From the NCBI RefSeq assembly GCF_037042905.1, contig NC_087245.1, forward strand, positions 4,466,001 through 4,530,000: a stretch of DNA of 64,000 bases, in the 5' to 3' direction. Below the pieces are notes generated by a model. It did not search any database and had not been told where the DNA came from. It saw nothing but the letters and a program-made list of their open reading frames with translations. Within the stretch, counting starts at the first letter, position 1; the number at the start of each line of letters is the position of its first letter. Both the position numbers and the translations under genes were made by a program. Origin of the DNA: Lytechinus pictus (lineage: Eukaryota). Shown piece by piece: positions 24,048-37,900 of the stretch.

Positions 24048-25032
24048 CAATGCGTATCAAAAAAAGTTTACACTTATTAGAAAAAATCCTGTAAAATTAT
24101 ACATTTGTAATATCCTGAACATATTTTCACATTTTAACATTAGTCCAGGTCCATTTAAGCAAATGACGATTTAACTGTCAAAAAATATTTCCACTTGAGT
24201 GAACACCACTTACTTTTGAAAAGTTAGTGAAAAATGATTTGCGCAGAACTTTGAAATAGTTATGCGTATAAAAGTAAACCTTAATCATGAAGAACACGTT
24301 GAATTTAGTTAGTAAAATTGATTTGAAGATATCTTTTACCTTTTTTAACTTGTTTCCTTGCCCGAAACACTTTGGTGAGTGCATTGCGCCCCACCCCACT
24401 CCCCCACACACCGAGGCCATCGTGACGATATTTTCTTTTGTGAGTTGTGATTTACATGAAATGGCTTAGGCTCGACTTTCATTTTGTTAATCATTGTCAA
24501 GCTTGGTAAAAGTGTGGAAAACCAAATATTAATAAAAAATGAAATGTAGACCTACTTTAAATGTTAAAATCTTAGTGAAAAAATGCTGAGATGTCTGATA
24601 TAAACTTTTGTTCAGATTCAGTTATGTCCTCAGATACAGCTGGCACAAAAAGGGTAAAGGTTGTGCTCACTAAGTGTTAAAATTTCAATATGGGTGGCAA
24701 AAAGGTTACAAAATGCTTGAATGTATCCGTTTTATTTCAACTGACCAAAAGTGCAAGGGAAATGTATGGGAAATGTTTCGCAGGGTAAGTTTGATTTCGC
24801 CCTTTCCCCTTGACACAGCGTAAAAACGAGCATTTCTGCGCAAACAGATTTCTGCAAGCTTTGCAAAAATGGACAGTGCTCACTCAAGTGTAACATTCTG
24901 TCAAAACTTTTACTTTCATTGGATAGATGATACCCAAACCCAAGATTATATGTGAAAAAATTTCCCACATGTTGTATATTTTTTTATTCCCAGGGCTTTT
25001 TCAAAGTGTAAACTTTTTTTTGATACGCACTG
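24048..25032. mobile_element. Tc1/mariner-like MITE, second copy in opposite orientation
   Basis: Same TIRs and TA TSD; internal sequence is the reverse complement of 8105-9095. Confidence 0.85.
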
Positions 25033-25314
25033 TAGATATCTTTTATCTTTAATATTTCATTGTAGAAAATAAAGTGTCGGTATGAGAACAAAAATGAACA
25101 TTATGTATAATATATTATGAGGATTCGTTTTTTGTAAAAGAAGCGTTCTATTCCTTTTTGAGGTCATTATGAAAGTTAAAATCCCTGAAGGTTTTCATAG
25201 TCTTATAAACCTTTACCACGGAATACTAGCTAGTGTACATTTTTATTTTTATTTGCCAACCGTTTCAAAAGTGACATGGTTTTTATGACGTACGATATTT
25301 TATACATTTATCTA

Positions 25315-25512
25315 GTTATTGTGACCGGGTGGGTGTTTAATAAAGCTGTTCGTAAGTTAAGAGCGACTTTAAGAACGACTGGTGATCCTTTCTTGTGGTA
25401 AATGGTAGATTCATTGGCGATGGTTTAGAGCGTAAAAAGGATCACCAGTCGTGCTTAAAGTCGCTCTTAACTTACGAACAGCTTTATGAAACGGACGCCC
25501 GGTCACAATAAC
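25315..25512. mobile_element. Palindromic MITE (Harbinger-like)
   Basis: ~75-bp arms aaagctgttcgtaagttaagagcgacttt..ctggtgatcctt and their reverse complement. Confidence 0.7.
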
Positions 25513-26199
25513 CGGATGTTTTGTAAATTAGTGGCTGATTTTGCTGATTATCCGTACTGTACAAATTTCACACATATTGCAATCATTGTTTAAAATTTGT
25601 TTCTATTCAACATCAATGGATTATCGCGTCATTCATTTCATATTACTCAAGATTTATCAATTTAATTCATTTTCATTCCCTTATTTTCATTAAATTAAAC
25701 CATTTAATGTAAAGTAAATTAGGTTTATGGAATGTTCAATATTGTAAATGAATCTGTAAACATGGAATTGAATATAATATTATGATACACTATTTTTCAT
25801 GAAGTCGGACTCATTCAGTCCTGAAGATTGTCGCAGAACTTAGTGGAGTGTGTGTCACAAAGGTAGGGCCAATCATATATGGTGACAGTAAAAAAAAAAC
25901 TTTGAATAAACCGTTCTTCTTTAACAAAACAATACCGCGATTACCTTAAATGAAATACATGCATGTATTAATAAATAATTGACGTAACATTTATTCACAT
26001 TCCCTATCCCTAATATTAGAAGCTATAAAATAAATGAAGAATGTACTCCTTTCAGAAATATGTATCTTTTCGAAAATCGAAAATCAAAAGGATATCTAGA
26101 AAAATATCAAAAGGAAAAAAATATATAAATATTTAAGCAAAATAGAAACTATAAACAAAAAGCAAAATGGTTCACTTGGAGGTTAACCCTCATCCCATA

Positions 26200-26466
26200 C
26201 ACCTAGTAAAAACACGTACACACGTCAACAAATTGTGACGTAAAAAGTTTATTGCAGTACGCAACCTCAAATCTACGCAACACTGTGACGTAACAATTGT
26301 AAACTTCGCGCAATGTGCGCACGCACTCTTAAATTAACATAGGCAAACGCTGATTGGTTCAAAGTTCACCTAAGAAACGTTGTTAGGAGATCTAAAACCA
26401 CCGATGCAGTTTTGATTACAGAAGAAGGAAGAGCCATCTCGAAAACACTGATAGTGAAGATCTTCG
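26200..26466 (+). promoter_or_regulatory. Probable promoter and non-coding first exon of the uncharacterised gene
   Basis: TGACGTAA (CRE-like) at ~26236 and ~26286, inverted CCAAT (gattgg ~26352), X-box-like motifs at 26366-26391, and a strong donor CG|GTAAGT at 26466/7 upstream of the acceptor ending at 27439. Confidence 0.55.
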
Positions 26467-26546
26467 GTAAGTATATTTTATTTAATACAACATGTATTTT
26501 ATTTTCTTGCAAGATTAAGTGTCTTCATTAATTAATACGTCCTGGC

Positions 26547-26818
26547 CTGGGCCCCGTTTTACAAAGAGTTTATGTTGATTTCGATCAACCGTAACTATGG
26601 AAAGCCAGCAACGTCAACATCTAAAATGCATGTTGTTCAAAATATTATCCAACTATGATGTTTATTTATACAGTCACTGTTTTCTTGACAATTCAGATAA
26701 GCTTTTTTCATAGGACATTGTGCAAGTTTCACAAAGAAAAAAAAATTACATTGATGGATTTTCTATTATACTTGAGGTTGATCGGATCAATCGTAACTCT
26801 TTGTAAGACGAGGCCCAG
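26547..26818. mobile_element. MITE in first intron of gene 2
   Basis: TIR ctgggccccgttttacaaagagtt / aactctttgtaagacgaggcccag. Confidence 0.65.
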
Positions 26819-26982
26819 TCCTGTTTTTTATTATCTTTGAAATCCCAAGTTTAGACCATTGTCAGACACAATTTTGGTCCTGTATGTATGTCCAGTTTGT
26901 TCTTTGTTTCTATTTTCACTTTAAGCAAAAACGGCTAAAAATATATTCAACTTTCACATTATAATTTTTAATGGCTTTAAAT

Positions 26983-27183
26983 CAGGGGCGGATCCAGGAT
27001 TTTCCAAAGGGGGGGGGGGCAAATTGTTTGGAGGAAAAATTTGACAAGCAAAAAAAACGTTCTTTAATTTCAAAAGAGGTGGCACGCTTCTGTTTTCATG
27101 GCATTTTTACATTACAAATTTTTAATTTTGTTTCTCAAAGGGGGGGGGGCACGTGCCCCTGTGCCCCCCTGGATCCGCGCCTG
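26983..27183. mobile_element. hAT-like MITE
   Basis: TIR caggggcggatccag/ctggatccgcgcctg; 8-bp TSD ctttaaat. Confidence 0.85.
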
Positions 27184-27448
27184 CTTTAAATGACCATGAT
27201 ATCAGCCAGTAAACTGCCGCAATTGTTTAAATCCATCTTTAAGGTAGCGATATACCGTTCGGTTTACATCAAATTCAGAATATTCCATAGAATACTTACA
27301 ACACCCTGTTTTGTCAAACCACGATCTGATTTTCACAGCTATGTGTAGCCGAGTTCATATAAACCAATATTTCGTTTCGTAACTTTAATCAGTAGAAAAA
27401 GTATTGGGGTTCATTGTATGAAAATAATTATTTATGCAGATAAGCAAA

Positions 27449-30400
27449 ATGGCTCCTGCGACGGGCACATCTACATCGGGCGCCAATCCCAGTGCAGCCC
27501 CAAACCCTGGCGGCTACTCGGTCATGCTGTCAGAGGAAGATTATCATAACACACAAAGCATGGAGATGACAAAATTTGTGAGAGAACATTTCAAGACACC
27601 GAAAGGTAGCATTTTAAAATATGAGTGAAAATGTTAAATCTGATGAAAGGAAATAATCACTGTCAGTCTCCCCTCCCTCCCCCCTCTCTCTCTTTCTCTT
27701 GATCATTGCTATCATTGTCAGTAATATCATTATTAATATTATTATTACTATTATTATCATTATTATTGTTATTATTGGTAGTATTATTATCATTATAAAA
27801 CCTTTTCTCCAGATAGTCTTGCCTGAATGGCAAATCGAGACTAATGCCGCTTTTCCAACGGCGGCGTCGTCAACTTTGAAATCATAACCTAAGATTAAGT
27901 TTTTGAAATGTCATTACTATGGACCTAGTTCATATTACTGAGCATCCTGTCTGAGTTTCTGGTCACAAGACTAAGGTCAAAGGTCATTTAGGATAATCGA
28001 ACTTCGATTATGTTGGGGGAGTCAAAATGAAATCTTAACCAATGTTAAGTTTTTAGAAATGTTATAAGTTTGAAAGTATATGGATCTATAATAAACTTGG
28101 ACGTAATAGTAATCAAGTATCAGTGAACATTCTGCGTGAGTTTCAGGTCACATGACTAAGGTCGAAGGTCATTTAATGTCAATGAACTTTGGCCAAGCTG
28201 GGGTTATTTGCTGAATTACCGTCATAACTGAAAGTTTATGGATCTAGTTCATGAAATGTGGACATAAGGGTACAGTATCACTGATCGTTTTGCACAAGTC
28301 TTGGTTCTCACGATCAAGGTCGAATGTCATTTAGGTTCAATGAGCTTAGTATTTTATTTTATACAAATGGTATCTTTTGTGAATAACTATTCTATAGATG
28401 ATGTGGAAGAGGTTCATCGTGGTGAAGGGTTGAGTAGAAGAAATAACCAGTTGTCTCGCGATGTAGCAAACTATTCTATAGTCGTTTTCAAAGTCAGCAC
28501 TGCTGCTATATTGAATCGCGTAATTGAGGCGAAATACCAAACGCTCCACGTGTAAAATTACTTTTTATTGATATTCTTTTCGTTATCATTAACTTGATAT
28601 TAATATTATTATCATAATCTTTACCTACCGTCATCATTATTTTCATCATCCAAACTAATATTATCCTCGTTACCGTCATTATTGATTTAGTTGTTGTTAT
28701 AACCATTCCTATCTAGCACCCCCTTACAAGTTAGAGAAGCTTCTCATCCGTACAAGTCTTACGAGAGTGAACGAAAGAGATCCGATGCTATGGCAGAAGC
28801 ATTGCAAGAGACGTCAAGATCAGCTGAACAGAGGATTCTTTACTCCAAATCATAAAGCTTACCATTCTATAGGGGACATACAGTTAAACAGTCAAAGACT
28901 TATACTTAATTCTATGGCAGACTATCTACCTAAAAAGGTAAATAACATTATTCGATAGAAGTCAATGAAACAAAAAAACTTACGACATAAAAATGTATAG
29001 GGAGGTGTTTTATTATAGGGAATGGAATTGCCAATATTCCATCTAACATTGATTTTAAAAATAATTTCCATGCTGAAAATACCATTATAATTTAATAATA
29101 AGGAATTTAGTTGAATTTCATTACATCAATCAAAATTCAATGTAATCACGTATCCGCTTGCTCGATTTCATTTCAAACATATCACAGATTGCTCATAAAA
29201 TAAGCAGATGTTTAGTTTAAAAGTATGCCGTATTAAAATGTCAAAACTGTACTTCGATTGAAAACAATTATGGAAGTCATGGTCTAGTGATTCTGATTCT
29301 TGCATTTCAATCAGAGGGTCGTGGGTTCGAATCCTACTTCATGTGTTAATGAGGTAAATGAGTACCCACAAGGATTTATTCCTTGTTGTCCTCTTATAAT
29401 GTTTTAGTGCCTTACCATAACTATAATGGCGGCTCAGCTATATAGCCGGGGTAATACACAATGACTGCGCTATAAATGGACCTGTTATTAATCTTTAACC
29501 TTATCGATTCTCATATTTTTTTACCCCTATTTAAATCACTTTTTTCTAACCCCATCTCTCCTCTCCCGCTTTCTGTCTCTCTCTCTCACTCTCTCTCTCG
29601 TGACATGACATTTGCTCCTGCGACAATTACTCCGGGCTTAATTTCGTCTATAAGATGTAGGGTTATGTTAGGGTTGCAATATGGTTTCATGTTAGGTTTG
29701 GGGTTCGGCTAAGGGTAGGGTAAAGTCAGCGGCGTAACAGGGGTCGGTGGCCAGGGGGGGCAAGAGCCAAAAATTTCCCGGTCATATCATGGAACAGGCA
29801 ATGGTGTCATAAGGCAAAAATTTTGAGGGGGCGATATGGCGTATCGGGCAAATATATAATATATATAAGCGAGCGAGCGAAGTGAGCGAGCAAATTTTTT
29901 TGACATTTTTATTGCAAAAATCCAATTTTGTGATAGATTTTGACATAATGTGTTAAAAAGATGATATCATATTTCACCCTCCTCTCTTTCCTTTTTTCTC
30001 TCTTTTTTTGTACGCCACGGTGAACAGGATTTTTGTTATGATTGTGAGCATCATGGCGAAGCTCTATATGCTTGAGGGGGCCGAGTATGGCGCTTCTGGC
30101 AATAAGTAGCTTAATAAAGGTCCCGAGCGAGCGAAGCGAGCGAGATAAAAACAACACATTTTCATGAGAATCTAACATGAAGATAGATTTTAACGTGATA
30201 TTCAAAAAAATATAATACACTTTCCTTTCTTTCCTCTTTTTTTTTGTTTGGTTGTAGAACTTTTGGGGGCCATGGTCCAACTCATCCATATAACAGTGCT
30301 TTATGGGTGGGGTCCAGGGCAGAGCCCCGGAACTTCTTGATATCAAAGCCATTTTAAACCTTACAGATGGCCACTTATTTTAATCAAATTGCGTGTATAT

Positions 30401-31574
30401 TTATATAGATTTAACACAACACATAAATGCAATGCAGTTGTGTATCGTAATCATCCAAATATTGTGAGGGGCACACCATAGCAAATGTGGGAAAATTTGT
30501 AAAAAGTCGCCAGCGAGCGAAGCGAGCCAGAAAAAAAATGGCCTGTTAAAATGAAATTCTAATTATGTGATAGATTTTTACATCATTACAGCAAATATCA
30601 TGTCATATATTTTGGTTCATTCATCTCATTTCGCTGCCTCCTTTATTTTCTTTTATTTCCCCTTGGCTGTGGAACCATCCCCCGGTACGCCAGTGCTTCA
30701 ACGTAAAGCTTAATGCAGGAAGGGTCCATGTAGGGGCCCGTTATAGAACCCATTAAAGGTTACAGATGAAGAGCCCCCACTGCACGGGGTCTTGATTCTA
30801 GGACAGAGCGTTTGGAGATTTAGCAAGTTTATGATAGACTTTCATACAACATTATGCTTTATACCATCCATTTTTCTTCCCGCTCGTTATCTCAATCCTC
30901 GGCAGCCCGGTGGTGTACGTTATCTTGTCCCTATTCTTTATTTTCCAATTTAGATTTTGGCTAATTCCATTCTGCCTTTATTTCCCGCTTTTGTTTGCCT
31001 TTTTGTCATCTTTAATTTATTTCCCTGTCTTACTAATCATGCTAATGTATTATATCGGGGGGAATTGTTCTTTGTCACTTGTTCTTTTTCCTTCCTTTTC
31101 CCGTTATCTTTCCGTTTTCCCTTTTTTTTTCTTAGTTTTCTTTTCCCTTTTCCTTTCCCCTTCCCTTTCCCCTTTCCCCTTTTTTTATTTTCTTCCCTTT
31201 CCCTTTCCCTTTCTCCCTTTTTTTTTTTTTATTTTTCCCGTTTTTTTTTATTTTCCCGGTGAGCTCCGCCAGGGGGGGGGGGCAGCTTGCCCCCCCTGCC
31301 CCCCCGCCTGTTACGCCACTGGGTAAAGTGTTAACCCCAGGGTTGAAGTTGGTCATTCGATTAGCGTGTAGAATTTAGAGCGGAGCGATTGTCGCCGGAA
31401 CAAATATCAAGGAACGCACTCTCTGTGAGAATGCCTGTCTATGTCTCTTTCTCCCTTCTCACACAGCTTCCACTACAGTCGTTGACTTCAAGATTTGGTC
31501 GTCGAGATCACAAGTTATCACCTACCAAGGCAGAGCAGGTCAAAACACCAGTAAAGGTAATTTTGTTAGTAGTA

Positions 31575-31642
<68 letters not shown>

Positions 31643-31855
31643 AAAGTTGTAGTAGTAGTACTAGTAGTAGTAGGAGTAGTAGTAGTAGTGGTATTATTAT
31701 TATTATTATTATTATTAGTAGTAGTAGTAGTAGTAGTAGTAGTAAAAGTTGTAGTACTAGTAGTAGTAGGAGGAGTATAGTAGTAGTGGTAGTACGTAGT
31801 AGTAGTAGGAGTAGTAGGAGTAGTAGGAGTAGTAGGAGTAGTAGTAGTAGTAGTA

Positions 31856-31948
<93 letters not shown>

Positions 31949-34900
31949 GAGTAGTAGGAGTAGTAGTAGTAGTAGTAGCAGTAGTAGTAGTAGTAGTAGT
32001 ATAGTAGAAGTAGTTTTAGTAGTAGCAGTTGTTGTTGATGTAGCTACTACAAACTACTACTGCTACAAGTACATGTAGTAGTAGAATTAGTATTTATTTT
32101 TCATCTGATCATCTTTCATGAAAAGGACGTGACGACCAAAGAACGCGTTAAGGAGCTTGATTTAGATGAGAAACTTCGTGAACGAGCTCAGATCACATCA
32201 GGGTTTGCTTACATACAACAGAGACTAGAGGAATCAGAGATGCTACTAAAGGCAGAAAGGGGTGGTCAAAGCTATGAAAAATGTGTCAAACAATTAAAGG
32301 TATGTGAGGTACACTCATTTTCATACAGGACATAATTATTATAAGGCACACAGAGGAAACTGCGTTTTCAGGTCCCCCCCCCCCCCCCCATAGGAGAAAT
32401 TAAAATAAATACAGAGATAAATACTCCAACTAAACCCCAGCAACAACAAAAGTTCATAAGTACATATTACATAATTAAAGAAATTCCAAGCTTCATCGAC
32501 ATCATGAAGAGATCTAACAACAATCGATAATCATTTGAAGTTAGCTGGAGGCAGGATATCTTCCCCAGGTCCATGGGCGGAAATCCAAGGTAGGGGGACA
32601 AGGGGCTTAAAAATTTGACAAGCAAAAAAAAGGCCATTTAGTCCAAACTACATGAATTATTACGATTGGGAATGACGTATTTTTCTCCATCATAAAACAC
32701 CAAAAATAGTAGGGGGACATTTGATATTGTCCCCCCTACTATTTTTGGTAGGGGACTCGTCCCCCCCCCCCCCGGGATTTCCGCCCATGCCCAGGTCTAC
32801 CTAATTATCATTTGATTTCTTTCTATAGAGACGAACTTTAAATGGCAAACTTCTATAGAGGATCTAATTTTTCGATTCAACGTCTTACAATCCACTTCTA
32901 TTACAATCTCATTGTAATTCATAAAACTGATGAGTGATGAAAATGTTCATCTAATTTAATGAAATAGGAAATGAAGAAGAGACAATGTGAGATGAACAAA
33001 CAAAAATCACAGTTAACCCTCGTAGCGCCCACCATGGGTACATGGTCACCCCTAGGTAGTCCTTCCGGTTCACCAGGTCCAACACTTGAAGATAGACAAG
33101 ACACAGAAAGGTGAGTCATTATTAATTCAAATCATGATGTATAGTAGTTTTAGAGTTTTCATTGATAGATAGATTAAATGAATAGACCGAGAGATGAATA
33201 GATACATGCGTTGTACGTTTTTGCTTACCAAAATTTATTAATATCATTTCCAAGGAAAAACATCAATCTCAAAAATTGTATTGTAATTCAGCTTTTTTTT
33301 TCACCATAAATGAATTATTCGCTTTATAACCTATGAAATTGTGTTATGCACACCTTTCTCTGATTTGCAGACGAGCTTATGAACGAAAGAGGAACCTTTG
33401 GCTTGGTAAGGTGCGGAGTATACTCAAAATCATTAACGCTCTTCATAACATCAAGACGAGAGATCTCAAGTCACGTGTTCCATTGTCACATGATCAAGTC
33501 AAACACATGTACCGTGATGTCGTGTGGGAGAAGCCTGCAATAATCAGGTAGTTAACAATGGTGGATAAATACAATGTTCAATTTAACAAGTCCATATGCC
33601 ATAATGATATGAAAGTATATTGCATAAAGTATCCTGAAGATGGATTTAAAAAAGATAATTAGTATATATATATATATGTTTTTTATTTTCAAGGTGAAAC
33701 CTCACTTATACTTGAATAATGTCCCTTAAGTCTGTTTCCTGTACTTCTTTTATTCCAATTCAGAATTGCTCCCATCAGGTCCACATTGGTTCTGTAAGAT
33801 AAAACCACAAAGACGCATCAAATTTAGATAGTAGAAATAAAGTATAAGAGCGTTGACAATCAGACAGTTTTATCAGACAGAAGTGGTAAGCGTATATAGG
33901 CCCACAGTTATGTTCATGAGCAAAATTAGTTTTTCAATGTTTTGTCTTGCCCTAAGTTTTCAGTAAATTATTATTTTTTCCTCGATCCACTCTGGAAAGT
34001 GTCTGTCATCCCTGTACAGCACACGTTTGAAGAAAAATATTTGAAAAGATCAAAGCACTATGACTGTAATAATGGATTAAGCTGAAATTCATATGATATT
34101 AAACAATTATATCGCTTCATATACATGCATATAACGCCTACATATTCACTCTAAAAACACTAAAAATGCAATACGGTGGAAAAGCGTCCTAAATGGCCTA
34201 GGAATGACAGCATTTTCCATATTAAAAACGTTATAACTCCTCGGCCTTAATAAAGGTCGATTTACTCCTTTCTACTCTTTCATTTTTACAGCGTATATTA
34301 ACAAACACATGAAGTGCCACTTTCCGTTGAATTGGATGGAATTATGTCATAATATTTCAAATGATTATATTTGCTTTTATTTAGTCAAAGCAAGCCTACA
34401 CGTCCTGTACAGACAGGAATGGAAGCGACTACCCGAGCTCACTCTTCAGCAGACACTATAAGTTCTGGAGAACAAGCTATGTTGGGTCATTTGAAGAGTT
34501 CTAAACCTGTATTACCAGCAGTTAACAAGTCAACACTTAGCATGCAAGGAAAGAGTGATGTTAACCAATCACCGAGCCCCGCCCCATGGAAAAAGTAAGT
34601 CAGTTCTTACGGTAGTAAGTAAGTTTGTCAGTTCGCAAGTAAGTCAGTTCGTAATTCAGTTTATAAGTAATAAGTAGGAGGTAAAAAGGTAAGCTAAGTC
34701 AGTAAGTATGTATGTAAGTAAATAAGTATGTAAGTTAGTAAGAAAGTAAGTAAGTATAAGAGAGTGAGTTGCTTAAGTGGGTTAATGGGAACTTTTTTTT
34801 TTTAATAAAATTTGTTGTTGAATTCAACGGAGTAGGCCTATCAAGCTAGCAGGTGATCAAATCCCTACTTTATATCCGCACTGCTTGACAACGCCCTTAT

Positions 34901-37900
34901 TAGATTTGTGGTTGATGATTCTATTCACAATATGATCATAATTATCCAGAGCTTACATTCAATGCAATTTCTTTGGGAGAAAAACTGATTGAATGAAAAT
35001 ATATATCGCCCCTCCCATGTTCATATTGTTAATTGTATATTGTTTAAAAAATAATGACAGGCTCGCCAGTAGGCAGTTAGGCCAATAAAACTATGGGTTA
35101 CATTATATGCCGCGGTTTCGCTAGAACATAAACGTATGTAGTTCGATTGATGCAAGATATTTTAAATATCATAGAGATGAATATATACGTTACCCACCCT
35201 GAAAGCATTTCTATCAATGTTGCATAATCCTTTTGGTAATATATATAACGTACTTCGAGGGACATTATGTGCTATCAAGCCAATGTACATTCAAATTGTG
35301 AACACAGAATTAATTAATAATGTTTGGCCACGATATTATGGTTATATTCAATACAATTTCCAGTTTGTTGGTGAATAAGTGTCGGACCAAAAATAATTAC
35401 TAACATTAAGCCAAAGTTGGAAAATTTGTTTAATTGTGACAGTTTTTGCCTATAGTCCTATAGTCTCACTCTGCTATGCAGGTGAGACAAAAACTTAACT
35501 GTCGGTAAAGCGACGCCTATAGTCTCGCTCTGCTATGCATACGAGACAAAAAATGCCCCCTCTCGAACGTGTTCTGTGCCCCTTTCACCTAAGAAGGACC
35601 CGTTTTATGTGTCAGCAAGTACCCACTGCCTACTTGTAAGTGCCCTTTCTCGAATCAGTGCCCCTTTTTACCCAAGAAAAGTGCCCCTCACCATAGGCGG
35701 AAATCTGTCCCAAAGGTAGGGAGACCAAGCCCTGGAAAATTGGACAAGCCCCCCCCCAAAAAAAAAAAAATAGTAGGGGGGACACTTGATATTGTGTCCC
35801 CCTACTATTTTGGGTAGGGGGACACGTCCCCCTGGGATTCCCGCCCATGCCCCTCACGAACGTGTTCTGTGCCCCTTTCATACTTGAGAAGGACCCGTTA
35901 TATGCCGTTTGCAAGTGCCCCTTTGCCTTCTTATAGGTGCCCTTTCTCATATTTTCACCCGAGGACCATTTCATGTGTTAACGAGTGCCCGTTTAAAACA
36001 ATATTCTCATTTTTACTACTTATGAAGGACAAAGCTCGTTATAAGAATCCTACGTGCCTTATTAAAGATTCACGAGTCATGTGAGTGGGGTAGATAAGCA
36101 TATGCGTATTGTGGGGGTCTTGGGAGGCTCTTGCCCCCTACCCACATTTTTCACGAGCAAGAAAAAAAGGAAAAGGAAAGAGAGAAGGGTGAAATATATT
36201 ATTTTCTGAATATTAGTTGTCAAAATCTATCACTAAATTGAATTTTCGTCATAAAAATGTCAAGATTTATGCTTGCTTGCTTCGCTCGCAACTTATAGAT
36301 TGATGTGATATGACATATCTAGCCCCTCAAAATTTTTGGCTCATTACGCCACTGTAGATAAGCCATTTTTTCTTTGTTTTAAGATAGCAGCATATTCAGT
36401 AGGTTTTATGTTCTCATTAATTCAGGGTCTAATGTTTGTTTTACTCTTGTATGCAATTTTCTGTTTTTTTTCAGATTTGGTTACCATGGTTTAGCACGTA
36501 AAGGGTTTCGTTTAGAACGTGAGAATAGAGTTGATACATGGGAGGATCTTATAACAGCACAACCTCCTAGCTCAGGAAAACGAAATAGCATGCTACCTAC
36601 ACTCTTATCAAGTATGTTTATTACTTTTCCTTGTTTTATGTTTACCTTTCTTCTTGTTCAATACTTTATCTATTCCTTTATTTATTTATTCCTTCATTAT
36701 TAATCCCTTTTTCATTGATGATCACCTTATTTTAGCTATTTATCTATCATTTGTCTGACCATTGGTCAATAATTCATTCAATTTTTTTCATAATATTCAT
36801 CTTCAATAAGAACTAAACATTTATCGTAATTTTTCGTCATTCTGTTAAATAACAGCCTTTGACAGCATTATGAAAATTTAAATAACTATTTTGTTCATTG
36901 ATCTTTAATTGATTACAATCACATCCACCAAAGGCACTTGTTAGGTAAACAAAATGCACTTGTAATCGATAATGAACATCTAACTGAATCAAACGTTTTA
37001 ATAAGAAAGCAATTATTGGGATATGTCTTGTTTTGTGCTTCATAATATGGATAGGATAAAACATAAAACTTTAATTTTTACTAATCGTTGGACATGACTG
37101 CAAATAAAAATCATGACTAGGTTCATTATGTCAACCAACCAAATATTTTTTTTTGGAGAGTGCGGTATAGTTGCCTCCTTCAGAGCTGCCAAGTTATATT
37201 TTGCATTTTCAGTATTCTTATCTCCCAAAATCAGTATTTTGACAAAAAAAATCAGTATTTTTACCGTGTGAGATAAATATTTTGTATTTTTCCCCAAAAA
37301 GGTGTATTTCATAATAAAATGCTTGGCGCACTCGCCCATCACGGCGCTCAAGCTGCATGCAAGCTAAAATGTGCACTGCTCTTGCAGATGAAAAAACAAC
37401 AACATTGAAACTTGTGTATATTTCACCCTGGTTTTTACAAAATCATTGAAAAAAAAACAAGTTACCTGAAATTACATTGATCTAATAACCATATTTGTGT
37501 ACGTTTCATGAAATAGAGACATATAGAGATGATTTTTCTCAATAAATTTCGATTTTGTAAAAAATGAAATAAAAAAAACGTATTTTTTAAAGAAAAAACG
37601 TACTTGCAAAAACGTACTAAATACGGAAAAATCGTACTACTTGGCAGCTCTGCTCCTTTCATCCTATATATCCCTTTTTCTACCAGCATCTCATTCCATC
37701 CAGTCTATAAGGATGAGTCCATAAAGTTATAATCTGCTTCATCTCTTTTATTTTGTATATAGTGTCTCATCCTGCCAATGCTGTAATGAGATGGCATCAG
37801 AATCACATGGATCATAAACAAAAACAACCTTATTGGATGACTGTAGGTGTAGCCAGCGACGAAAAGGGTAAGACCCTGTTTGCATCTTCTCTAAGCCCTG

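Noticed and set aside
29272..29340. tRNA gene
   Set aside because: A/B boxes only; no acceptor stem or cloverleaf, and it continues into a SINE-like body.
30910..31356. Phe-rich and Lys/Gly-rich ORFs
   Set aside because: Pyrimidine-rich low-complexity interior of the hAT-like element.
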